Shown: one piece after another, positions 20,503 through 29,223 of the stretch | Layout: each line of letters begins with the position of its first letter | How positions within the stretch are numbered: the stretch's first letter is position 1 | NCBI GenBank assembly: GCA_963665235.2 | Contig: CAXXLX010000001.1 | Span: 1,632,001-1,696,000, forward strand | DNA from: Candidatus Poribacteria bacterium | GTDB taxonomy: Bacteria; Poribacteria; WGA-4E; WGA-3G | Direction: 5' to 3' | DNA length: 64,000 nt | Notes under the pieces: model-generated | Told to the model about the DNA's origin: nothing | The model's database searches: none | The model's input: only the letters and a program-made list of their open reading frames with translations | Made by a program: the position numbers and the translations under genes

Positions 20503-21298
20503 GGTGACGCTCGGGGTTTTCGCTTTTGCCGTTGTTTCTAATTTCGAAATGGAGATGGGGCCCTGTGGAGATACCGGTATCGCCGGACAACCCGATAACC
20601 TGACCCTGTTCTACGATGCTGCCGGTGGATACTCGGATTCTTGACAAGTGCCCATACCATGTGGTGAAATTGTCAGCGTGTTGTATGACAACAGTTTTCC
20701 CATAACCGCTTTTTCTGCCAGCATAGAGAATACGTCCTGTTTTGGCGGCATAAACTCGGGTGCCAGTTGCTGCTCGGAAGTCTATACCTTCGTGCATAAG
20801 ACGGCGGCGTTTCACGGGATGAAGGCGCATGCCGTACCGTGAGGTTACCACTAACGGAATTCGTAAGGGATTTCCAAAACCTTCGCGGTTATCACTCTGA
20901 ATAAAAATGCGTTTGCCTGCCCGGAGCCGCTTAGGATTCGAGATACCGTTAATCTGCTGAAGCTCCTCCCATTCTACATTATACCTTCTTGCAATACCGT
21001 ACAGTGTATCCCCCGGTTTAACGTCATACCAAATTACCGCTGAATTCTCTTCAAGGGGTACCGATTTAGCATCAACCGGAATTAACAATCTTTCGCCAAC
21101 CCGTAGACGGTCAATAGACTCAATGCTGTTGGTTTGGACAATAGATTTCATAGGTACTTCGTATTTCTCGGCAATCTCCGACAATGTCTCTCCCTTCTGA
21201 ACCTGATGTTGGATGCCGATACAGGAGGCAATCCACGGGTTCGAAGTAACAAACATGAAAACAATGGTTATAACGATTATAATTTGATTTTTCTGCAT
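20489..21298 (-). CDS. LysM x2 + M23 peptidase
   Basis: Two LysM repeats (HQVQKGETL, YDVKPGDTL), HEGID, YGHL, GPHLHFE. Confidence 0.93.
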   Translation of the reverse strand: MQKNQIIIVITIVFMFVTSNPWIASCIGIQHQVQKGETLSEIAEKYEVPMKSIVQTNSIESIDRLRVGERLLIPVDAKSVPLEENSAVIWYDVKPGDTLYGIARRYNVEWEELQQINGISNPKRLRAGKRIFIQSDNREGFGNPLRIPLVVTSRYGMRLHPVKRRRLMHEGIDFRAATGTRVYAAKTGRILYAGRKSGYGKTVVIQHADNFTTWYGHLSRIRVSTGSIVEQGQVIGLSGDTGISTGPHLHFEIRNNGKSENPERHLDIR

Positions 21299-21627
21299 TT
21301 GATACCTAACTTTGGTTGCATTAGTTACCTATGTTTTGTCCAACAAAACACTTATGTTATCGTGTTGCAAACGCCACTAATGAGGGGTGTTTCGAGTAGA
21401 TTTTCACCGCACGTTTTGAAACTGCTTGGACGTGCAACACTTCATCACGCAAAGTCACCTTGAAGGTAGACTGCCTTTTTTTCTGTTTACCCGTAAAAGA
21501 TTTATGTTTATGTCTGGAAAGTGCTTCTATTAACCTCTTTACGGGTATTCGGGCGTAAGGTTTCCCAACTATTTTAGCTGTTTGGGATATAAGCCCGCTA
21601 AGGACGTAATCCCTGACAAGTATCAAG

Positions 21628-21656
21628 TTGACTTCCACTAAAAACTGTGGTATAAT
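21628..21656 (+). promoter_or_regulatory. Near-consensus sigma70 promoter facing a non-coding region
   Basis: TTGACT-17 bp-TATAAT with TG extension. Confidence 0.7.
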
Positions 21657-21660
21657 TATA

Positions 21661-22005
21661 CTAGCACTTTTGGATAGCATTTCCACCCTGCACGAACTCA
21701 GTGCAGGTGCTATCCCTCACCAGTGGAAAGGTATGTAGTGTTAGTGCGAAACCACTTAAAAAGTATACTTAAATATCGTGCTACTTTTTCGCACGAGGCA
21801 CGTGGGGATAGACAGGAACCTTCTAACCTGATATGCCCGTAGGATTTTCACCTGCCGGGAATCGCGTGCGGGTGGAGACGACATAAAAGGATGTCCTCGG
21901 TGGGACCTCGGACGTTCAACCTTCGGGAAGAACGCAAACGTCTATGAAGCCGAAACCCACGCCTTTAGGCGTTGGGTGCTATCACGGTATCAATATCACG
22001 CTGTT
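21661..22005 (+). ncRNA. Candidate structured ncRNA ending in omegaRNA-like scaffold copy 2 (21850-21985) plus about 20-nt putative guide
   Basis: Nested stems and a 7-bp pseudoknot at the 5' end; 3' part homologous to 2639-2750; no + strand ORF. Confidence 0.55.
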
Positions 22006-22069
22006 TTTAGGGGCAACTTGCCCCTAAACGCCAATAAATCCCGGACTTCATCGGAGAAAAACGTGCTAA

Positions 22070-22588
22070 CTACTCGTCTTTAACGGTGAGCAGTACAGTT
22101 TTCGTCTCTGAAAAAATTTGGGTGTCCGTTTCGATTCCCGAGCTACCGACTGAAACTACCTCACTAATCACAGTTACAACGAGTTGGATAACTTCAACCT
22201 GTACGTTAGCTTCGTTCAACGTACTCGGGGCATTCCAGGTAACCGAATTTTCATCGGTGGCAGACAGCGCGCCATGCCCGGTAATGTTTAGCCAATTTAA
22301 CATAACACTGCTACCTCGAACCCCTTTAAAGGAAGCCGTTAATTCGACTTCTCCGCCGGGGCGCACTATTTTATCGGTAACAGTAATCGTCACGTCAAGG
22401 TTGGCTGTCTGCTCTGGATTTTCTGCCTCTTCGCCGGTTTTCACAATTATATCATCCCCGTCTGTTCCAATGGTATCGGTGTCAGATACGGGGTTGTTGA
22501 TATTGCTACCGCCGCATCCTGCGACGTTCAAAACAAGACCAACAAGAAAAATGCTAAAAAACAGTACTAGCAATTGAGATGCTCTCAT
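22070..22588 (-). CDS. Hypothetical lipoprotein
   Basis: Hydrophobic N-terminus with lipobox VAGC. Confidence 0.7.
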   Translation of the reverse strand: MRASQLLVLFFSIFLVGLVLNVAGCGGSNINNPVSDTDTIGTDGDDIIVKTGEEAENPEQTANLDVTITVTDKIVRPGGEVELTASFKGVRGSSVMLNWLNITGHGALSATDENSVTWNAPSTLNEANVQVEVIQLVVTVISEVVSVGSSGIETDTQIFSETKTVLLTVKDE

Positions 22589-22771
22589 GACTCAATCCTC
22601 TTTTCACGTTTGAATCAGACAAGATGAGAAAACGTCTTGCCTATAGTAACAAACAGAATTCTATACTAACGAAAGTCCGTTAATAAAACGGATGGACAGT
22701 CATGAAGGTTACAAAAATGGCGTGAAACGGATGATTCGGCTGGAGCATCTTATTGCAGCCGAATCGCTTGT

Positions 22772-23545
22772 TTATCTCCTTGTGCTTTCCAATTGTTCGC
22801 GTAGAAAAGTGAGAATATCCGCGACATCTTGGTCGCTGAGGATATCGGAGGCATAGAACGGCATAAGTGAACCGCCGCCGCGTATCTTCGTACCCCATCT
22901 AACGATTACTTTATCAATATTGCTGGGGGCCCGTGAACGCACAAGCTGACTCCCTATACCGGCTTTGCGAACCGTTGGGTGACAGACGATACAAGCCTGC
23001 CCGAAGAGTTGCCACCCCTTTTTCGCATCACCCGCCATTGCAGCCAGTTTTTCACCTGCTGCATCTGCCGCTTCCTTATCTAGCATCTCAAATTCGAATT
23101 GGGGACCTTTATTATCCCCAGAAACATCTTCAAAATAAGCCATGAGGGCTTCCGCATGTTCCGCTGGAATTGCAATAGGATTCACCTTAGCCTGGGGCAC
23201 TCGCTGTAAAAAGTGCTCATAACAGAACCCGCCGCCCCCAGCAGCGCGTGCAAAATTGGCCCCTTTAATCATCCCGCCTTTTGCCTCCCCGCGATGCGGT
23301 ACACCGATGATGCTATGCCCAGAACGAATTAAACCGTCCGATTCAGTAGCTTCATCAAAATCTGCATGGCAGTCCGCACAGGAAAGTCCAGTTGCCTTGT
23401 CCGGGGCAATTGTTCCTTTAAAGGTCGGGTCGTGAAAAAGTTCGCGTCCAAGTTGCGCCTTATCTGACATCTGTTGTGCTTGCGTTAAAAATACCAACGC
23501 TGCTATCAGGAGCACGCCAAGTGAACATGAAACAAATTTACGCAT
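22772..23545 (-). CDS. Di-heme c-type cytochrome
   Basis: CADCH and CIVCH, signal peptide, GRELF and MPFY motifs. Confidence 0.88.
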   Translation of the reverse strand: MRKFVSCSLGVLLIAALVFLTQAQQMSDKAQLGRELFHDPTFKGTIAPDKATGLSCADCHADFDEATESDGLIRSGHSIIGVPHRGEAKGGMIKGANFARAAGGGGFCYEHFLQRVPQAKVNPIAIPAEHAEALMAYFEDVSGDNKGPQFEFEMLDKEAADAAGEKLAAMAGDAKKGWQLFGQACIVCHPTVRKAGIGSQLVRSRAPSNIDKVIVRWGTKIRGGGSLMPFYASDILSDQDVADILTFLREQLESTRR

Positions 23546-23620
23546 CAAAATCTCCTTATATTCACAATAAATTTTTAAGCATTGTACCAAATATACAATA
23601 AATTGTCAAGAAAAAAATAT

Positions 23621-24181
23621 TCAGACATCCCCGGGCTCATGAACAACACTAGGGGGCTCCAAAACGGCAATGTATGGCAGGTTTCGATACAATTGCTTGT
23701 AATCCAAGCCGTATCCGAAAACGAAGACGTTCGGAATCTCAAAACCCGCATAATCCACAGTGACAGGAACCTCACGTTGAGAAGTTTTATCGAGAAGCGT
23801 GCAAGATTTAATCGTTGTAGGCCCTAGGGTCTGAAGGTGTTCAATCAGAAACTGCAAGGTGTGTCCCGTATCAACAATATCCTCTACAATCAGGATATGC
23901 TTGTCTTGTAGGTAATCGTCACCGCCCCGAATGAACTGAACTTGTGAGGGCTGCATATTATCGTGGTAGCTCATGAGCTGCACAAACTCAAATCGGATGG
24001 GGACAGAGATTGCCCGCGCCAAATCTGCGAAGAACAGAATGCCGCCCCTTAGAACACAAAGCAGAACGAGCTCCTGATTATCGTAATCGCTGGATATCTG
24101 CGCGCCAAGCTCACTAATCCGGTCCTGAATCTGTGCTTCAGAAAGCAGCACGGATTCAAGGGAAGGTTCCATGTTTTGCAT
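23621..24181 (-). CDS. hpt: Hypoxanthine phosphoribosyltransferase
   Basis: ILIVEDIVDTGHTL, FVFGYGLDY..YRNLPYI; follows tilS. Confidence 0.95.
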   Translation of the reverse strand: MQNMEPSLESVLLSEAQIQDRISELGAQISSDYDNQELVLLCVLRGGILFFADLARAISVPIRFEFVQLMSYHDNMQPSQVQFIRGGDDYLQDKHILIVEDIVDTGHTLQFLIEHLQTLGPTTIKSCTLLDKTSQREVPVTVDYAGFEIPNVFVFGYGLDYKQLYRNLPYIAVLEPPSVVHEPGDV

Positions 24182-25574
24182 AATCTAAGTAAAGATATCT
24201 CCGCGTTTCAGGTTTAATCTTGAACCGTTCACTTGTAGTATAACCGATAATCCACAAAATTTCATCGCCGCAAACCAGCATCGGAATGCTATCGCGTGCG
24301 GGCCTCGGCACTTTTGCATCTATGAAAAAATCCTTAAGCTTTTTCGTCCCTTCCATGCCGTGTGGTTGCACTCGGTCCCCTTGTCGTCGATTGCGAATTG
24401 TCAGGGGGTATTGAACTGCATTCCAATCAAACATCGCCTGATATCTACCGTCAGGTAACGGAATACCGTTACCTGGTGGCATATTGCCTATATCTACCGT
24501 GACCTCCGCGTTTAAAATCGGGATAAACGTCTTGCTTGGCACAACAAGCGAATAAGCAAAATCTCCTATTTCGCTCGGGGCTCTCTCAAAAAAGAGGTGC
24601 TGATAAGCACGGCGGAATTGCAAACCGTTCGGGAGTGATAGCGCAACGTTGGGTTTATCGGTTTTGATGAGGTTGAGAACTGCTTGGCAGTGGTCAAAAT
24701 AGAAATCGGTCCCCTGCCCTAATATCGTAGCAAAACTGTCCCTCAGCATTCTTCTCTGCAACGCAATATGGTGCTGGAGAAATTTCTCTCTATCTAGCAC
24801 AACACCGGTGGATTGCGTGTCCGTGATTCGACAGGCTTCAAACGCCTCACGTGCTGCTGTCTCTAGATACTCCGATTCAGCAGATAACACCTCAGCAGTT
24901 CGGCTTAATCCTGTTTTAATATTCGGATTATAGTTGCGTTCAAGCAGCGGGATTAACTCGTGGCGGATACGGTTCCGAAGATAACGGTTATCCGTATTCG
25001 TTAAGTCGTGCCGGGGTTTAAGCGACATAGATGTGAGAAATGCTTCGAGCTCTTGGCGTGTGAAACCCATTAGCGGCCGAATGAACTTGCCATCTCTGAC
25101 GGGTGCTATCCCTTTTAATCCCGTAGTTCCGGCTCCCCGGAGCAAGTTCATCAACACTGTTTCGGCTGTATCGTCCTGATGGTGGCCGAGGGCAACTTTG
25201 GTAGCCCCTACCTCCCCACAAACGGTTTCATAAAATTCATAACGTGCCCTGCGACCGGCAGCTTCTACGGAAAGTTTCCACTGCTTTCTTAAACGCTGGA
25301 CATCGACGGTGTGCCCATGAAACGGCAATCCCAAACGCGCCGCATGCTGTTCGACAAACTCAGCATCCGTAACGGCATCGGGTCTAAGTCCGTGATTTAG
25401 GTGCACAACATGGAGTTGGCAATAATTTAATTGGGTGTGTAGGGCATGCAAGCCGTAAAGCAGGGCAAGCGAATCCGCACCACCGGAGACTGCAACAACC
25501 ACCGTTTCCCCAGCTTCAATCATCGTATGCTGCAAAATGAAGCGATGCATCTGTCGCAAAAAACGGTTTTTCAT
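24156..25574 (-). CDS. tilS: tRNA(Ile)-lysidine synthetase
   Basis: AVSGGADS, GHHQDDTAET, RNRIRH, C-terminal KKLKDFFID. Start trimmed to ATG 25574 because the longer ORF overlaps a tRNA. Confidence 0.96.
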   Translation of the reverse strand: MKNRFLRQMHRFILQHTMIEAGETVVVAVSGGADSLALLYGLHALHTQLNYCQLHVVHLNHGLRPDAVTDAEFVEQHAARLGLPFHGHTVDVQRLRKQWKLSVEAAGRRARYEFYETVCGEVGATKVALGHHQDDTAETVLMNLLRGAGTTGLKGIAPVRDGKFIRPLMGFTRQELEAFLTSMSLKPRHDLTNTDNRYLRNRIRHELIPLLERNYNPNIKTGLSRTAEVLSAESEYLETAAREAFEACRITDTQSTGVVLDREKFLQHHIALQRRMLRDSFATILGQGTDFYFDHCQAVLNLIKTDKPNVALSLPNGLQFRRAYQHLFFERAPSEIGDFAYSLVVPSKTFIPILNAEVTVDIGNMPPGNGIPLPDGRYQAMFDWNAVQYPLTIRNRRQGDRVQPHGMEGTKKLKDFFIDAKVPRPARDSIPMLVCGDEILWIIGYTTSERFKIKPETRRYLYLDYAKHGTFP

Positions 25575-25597
25575 GAGATGGGCCTTAAAAAGGGAAA

Positions 25598-25669
25598 TGC
25601 CGGTGCGGAGAGTCGAACTCCGGACCGCACGATTATGAGTCGTGTGCTCTACCACTGAGCTACACCGGC
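25598..25669 (-). tRNA. tRNA with CAT anticodon (Ile2 or elongator Met)
   Basis: GCCGGTGTAGCTCAGTGGTAGAGC..CTCATAA..GTTCGACTC..ACCGGCA cloverleaf. Confidence 0.93.
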
Positions 25670-25749
25670 AAATTAAAAGGCTTGAACGAAATACAACACA
25701 CCCATCTGGTGCTACCGCACCAAACGTCGCAAACCGTTGTTAAATACAA

Positions 25750-25823
25750 TTGCAGGGGTGGGATTTGAACCCACGTCCTCCGGGTTATGAGCCCGACGAG
25801 CTACCTGACTGCTCTACCCTGCG
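25750..25823 (-). tRNA. tRNA-fMet (CAT)
   Basis: C1:A72 mismatch and GGG/CCC anticodon stem typical of initiator tRNA. Confidence 0.93.
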
Positions 25824-25838
25824 GCAAGATAGCAAATA

Positions 25839-25924
25839 TGGTCGAGGAGGGACTTGAACCCTCACACCTTTTTATGGGCGATGGATTTTAAGTCCATTGT
25901 GTCTACCAATTCCACCACTCGACC
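25839..25924 (-). tRNA. tRNA-Leu (TAA)
   Basis: Anticodon loop CTTAAAA, long variable arm, GTTCAAGT T-loop. Confidence 0.93.
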
Positions 25925-25939
25925 TAAAGCATTTTATAT

Positions 25940-25969
25940 AGTATATACCATAATATAGGGGTTTGTCAA
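25940..25969 (-). promoter_or_regulatory. Promoter of the tRNA-tilS-hpt cluster
   Basis: TTGACA-18 bp-TATACT on the minus strand just upstream of tRNA-Leu. Confidence 0.6.
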
Positions 25970-26346
25970 CTTTTTTCAACAAATTTTTGAGAATTTCGCA
26001 ATTTTTTTGTCGTTTTTTCCATGAATTGCAACATTTTTCCCGATATTAAGCATTATACAACAAATTTTTGAGAATTTCAAGCGAATGTGAAACGCCATAA
26101 GTCGTTTTGGACTTGGAAATTTCCATTTCTTCAGATTTCTCACGTCATACTTTGGGTGAGCCCCTTCCAATTAGGAGTTGCTTTTTCCAATGAATTCTGA
26201 TACAATACAAGATAAGTGTGAATCTGAAAAAAGCAACTGGCTTTTTAGGTTCAAATGGGGGGTGTCTGCCCCCTATTTACTTTACCTGATATTATATCAA
26301 TCTTGGGCACTAACGACTTATTCCATAGAGTATTTGATTTTTAAGG

Positions 26347-26550
26347 GTCAATAACCCCCAGCTAAAGCATGGGGGCTTGTCTTTGATGCCCGCCAAGGCT
26401 ATCACAGAGACGAGGGTAACTTGTTGACTACAGTAATATATCGGGGGTTCTGGGTGTGGCAGCCTAAAGTATGTTTCGGATGCTCCCCAAGTCCGATTCC
26501 ACTACGAACCTCTGATCTGGATGGGGCAATATATACCCGAAAGGAGAAAA
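26347..26550 (+). ncRNA. omegaRNA scaffold (HEARO-like) of IsrB
   Basis: About 200-nt non-coding region upstream of a PLMP protein, with GTCAA..TTGAC pairing and GGATGCTCCCCAAGTCC. Confidence 0.75.
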
Positions 26551-27672
26551 CAAACTTATGTTTGTGCCAGTCAAAACAAACGATGGACAACAGCTGATGC
26601 CGATGCATGCCGCACGTGCAAGGAAACTTGTCAAACGCGGTGAAGCAACACCTTATTGGAACAACGGTGTCTATTGTGTCCGTCTCAACAAAACACCGAG
26701 TGATAGAGAAACACAAGACATCGTTGTCGGTGTGGATCCGGGAAGTAAGAAAGAGGGATTTACCGTCAAATCTAAGACGCATACGTATCTGAACGTGCAG
26801 GCAGATGCACATAACAAAGTTGGCAAGAAGGTTGAGAAAAGACGTGAACTCCGCAGCGGTAGGCGTTCTCGGAAGTGTCCGAACCGCAAGAACCGCACCA
26901 ACAAAGGTGCGAACAGACAGAAACTCCCCGCAGGCACGCGTGCCCGTTGGGATTGGAAACTCCGCATCCTGGATTGGCTGTCTGACTTGTATCCGGTCAA
27001 AAAAATCTGTTTGGAGGACATCAAGGCAAGAACGAAACCGGGTAAGAAGCGATGGAACACATCTTTTAGTCCGTTGGAGGTTGGTAAACGGTGGTTTGTC
27101 TCTGAGTTGATAGCACGCTATGGCGTTGGCAATGTGCTTTGCTATAAAGGCAGGTGGACTTCCGCGCGCAGGAAGGCATTAGGATTAGAGAAGATACAAG
27201 ACAAACTCTCTGATGACTTCTATGCACACTGCGTTGATAGTTGGGTGATGGCACATTCGGTTGTCAATGGGGACACAAAGAAAGCGATGGCACTCAAACC
27301 CGACAATACAGCCGTGTTTTGCATATCCCCGATACCCGTAGCAAGGCGTAACTTGCACCGAGAACAGCCGGCAAAGGGCGGAATACGGTCAAGATATGGC
27401 GGAACTGTGTTGGGCAGCGGACTTGTGAAAAACACGCTGATAAAGCACGGCAAACACGGTATCACACGCCTTGCGGGTATTAATGCAAAAGGAGTGTTTT
27501 CTATCTATAGCTTAGAAGGTGAACGCCTCACAACGAGTGCGAAACGCACAGATTTTCAAGTCCTCACACGCTTGAACTTTCAATATAGGAGCGGTGTGAG
27601 GAAAAAGAATGAACTTCGTTCATTTGTTTCCCCTCCCCGTGCTAAAGCAACGGGGTCTCCACACCGAAGATT
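26347..27672 (+). mobile_element. Non-autonomous IS200/IS605-superfamily OMEGA element (omegaRNA + isrB)
   Basis: Left end GTCAATAACCCCCAGCTAAAGCATGGGGGC; matching right-end hairpin CCCCGTGCTAAAGCAACGGGG; no tnpA. Confidence 0.85.
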
Positions 27673-27676
27673 TTGA
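26558..27676 (+). CDS. isrB: IsrB RNA-guided nickase (RRXRR/PLMP, split RuvC, no HNH)
   Basis: QLMP, GVDPG (RuvC-I), RRELRSGRRSRK bridge helix, CLEDI (RuvC-II), AHCVD (RuvC-III); 372 aa; no HNH insert. Confidence 0.88.
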   Translation: MFVPVKTNDGQQLMPMHAARARKLVKRGEATPYWNNGVYCVRLNKTPSDRETQDIVVGVDPGSKKEGFTVKSKTHTYLNVQADAHNKVGKKVEKRRELRSGRRSRKCPNRKNRTNKGANRQKLPAGTRARWDWKLRILDWLSDLYPVKKICLEDIKARTKPGKKRWNTSFSPLEVGKRWFVSELIARYGVGNVLCYKGRWTSARRKALGLEKIQDKLSDDFYAHCVDSWVMAHSVVNGDTKKAMALKPDNTAVFCISPIPVARRNLHREQPAKGGIRSRYGGTVLGSGLVKNTLIKHGKHGITRLAGINAKGVFSIYSLEGERLTTSAKRTDFQVLTRLNFQYRSGVRKKNELRSFVSPPRAKATGSPHRRF

Positions 27677-27682
27677 GGAACC

Positions 27683-29218
27683 ATGTTAGCAACACTCATC
27701 CGCCGAGAACTCCTCGACAATTTGATGACGTTCCGCTTCGCTGCAGCAGTTTTCATTATGCTCCTGCTTGTTGTTGCCAATACCTTTGTGCTCACCAAGG
27801 ACTACGAACGACGGTTAACGGCTTACAACACCGCCCTTAAAGCACATAATCAGCAACTACAGGAAAGGAAAACCTATTCGGCGGGTCTATTAAACATCGC
27901 TCGTCCCCCGAATCCATTGAGTATTTTCAATGTCGGGTTGGATAAACGGCTGGGCAACGAAATTTGGGTATCTCACAGCTTTGTGCCAACGTTGTGGGAT
28001 GCTAAAACACACGGGATGACGAATCCACTTCTCAACCTCTTTTCCTCCATCGATATTGTCTTTATCTTTGAGGTGGTGCTGAGTCTGATGGCACTTATCT
28101 TCGCCTATGATGCACTTGCGGGGGAACGCGAGCGTGGCACATTGCGCCTAGTTCTAACGCATCCGGTCAGTCGCGGTCAGATTCTGTTTGCGAAATACAT
28201 CAGTGCAATGATATGTCTGCTGGTGCCGCTGCTGATGAGTCTACTTCTTGCCGTGATTTTGCTGACAACCGCTACCGTTATGTCTCTGGACATGGGTGAT
28301 TTTCTTCGTATCGGCGGAATCGTTTGGACCTCAATTGCATATCTCTCGGTATTTTACTTCATCGGTATGCTAATCTCCGCAGCGACTCGTAGAACCGGCA
28401 CCGCGTTGATGCTTGCTATGTTTGTTTGGGGGTTTTGGGTGCTGGTATATCCGAATGTGATTCTTACCGCAATTGCACCCCTACACGCCTCCGAAGCACG
28501 TATGGCATCTGCTTTCGGTCAAATTCAACAAATATGGGAGGAATTCGACAGAGAGCGAATGCATTTCCTCACGAATGATGCCGTTCCAGGGGAAGACCCA
28601 CATTTTGGTATGACAGGGGAAGAGCCGCATTTCGGCACGATAGCGGGCTCCGGTTTCAACTACGCCTACTTCTATGAAGATGCATCAACACTCGAGTATC
28701 ACTATTTGGCTGGTTCAAACATAGAGAAGCTTAAAGAGGAATCCGAACCCCAAGTGCCGCACGCGCAGAAATATTACCGCTTCCTCGGACAACAGACCGT
28801 TGACACCGCTGGACGAGCAGCACTTATCCGAAGACCAGCACTCGAAACCGTCTACTTTCAACCAGCACAAGTCGATCGAATCCTTTTGCGGATATCGCCA
28901 GTCGGCATGTACGACGCTGCAACACAAGCTTGGGCAGGAACAGACCTTCACGGCCTCAGAGATTTTTTCGAGGCGGCGCGAACCTACCGACGCACCTTGA
29001 TTGACCATTACTACGATAAAAAGATATTTGGGTCTCGACAATGGTTTGCTGCGGACGAGGGGGCGGTGGATTGGAATAGTTTACCGCAGTTCTCTTTTCA
29101 GAGAAGCGATGTTAGCGTAAATGCGGCGCGCGCCCTTCCAGATATCTGTCTACTGTTGATAATCAACCTCGCTCTGTTCGTAGGCATATACCTAATTTTC
29201 CAAAGGAGCGAAGTGTAA
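27683..29218 (+). CDS. ABC-2 type transporter permease
   Basis: YDALAGERERGTLRLVLTHP motif, multiple TM segments. Confidence 0.88.
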   Translation: MLATLIRRELLDNLMTFRFAAAVFIMLLLVVANTFVLTKDYERRLTAYNTALKAHNQQLQERKTYSAGLLNIARPPNPLSIFNVGLDKRLGNEIWVSHSFVPTLWDAKTHGMTNPLLNLFSSIDIVFIFEVVLSLMALIFAYDALAGERERGTLRLVLTHPVSRGQILFAKYISAMICLLVPLLMSLLLAVILLTTATVMSLDMGDFLRIGGIVWTSIAYLSVFYFIGMLISAATRRTGTALMLAMFVWGFWVLVYPNVILTAIAPLHASEARMASAFGQIQQIWEEFDRERMHFLTNDAVPGEDPHFGMTGEEPHFGTIAGSGFNYAYFYEDASTLEYHYLAGSNIEKLKEESEPQVPHAQKYYRFLGQQTVDTAGRAALIRRPALETVYFQPAQVDRILLRISPVGMYDAATQAWAGTDLHGLRDFFEAARTYRRTLIDHYYDKKIFGSRQWFAADEGAVDWNSLPQFSFQRSDVSVNAARALPDICLLLIINLALFVGIYLIFQRSEV

Positions 29219-29223
29219 AACAG

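Noticed and set aside
21672-21730. HDV-like ribozyme call for the pseudoknot
   Set aside because: Topology is similar but the HDV L3 consensus and P1.1 GG are absent; kept only as an unassigned structure
25575-25655. N-terminal extension of the tilS ORF
   Set aside because: Overlaps a tRNA gene; ATG 25574 is the more plausible start
26558-27676. IsrB as the effector of the CRISPR array, or as IscB/Cas9
   Set aside because: It lies 30 kb away, has its own omegaRNA and lacks HNH; the array repeat looks class 1
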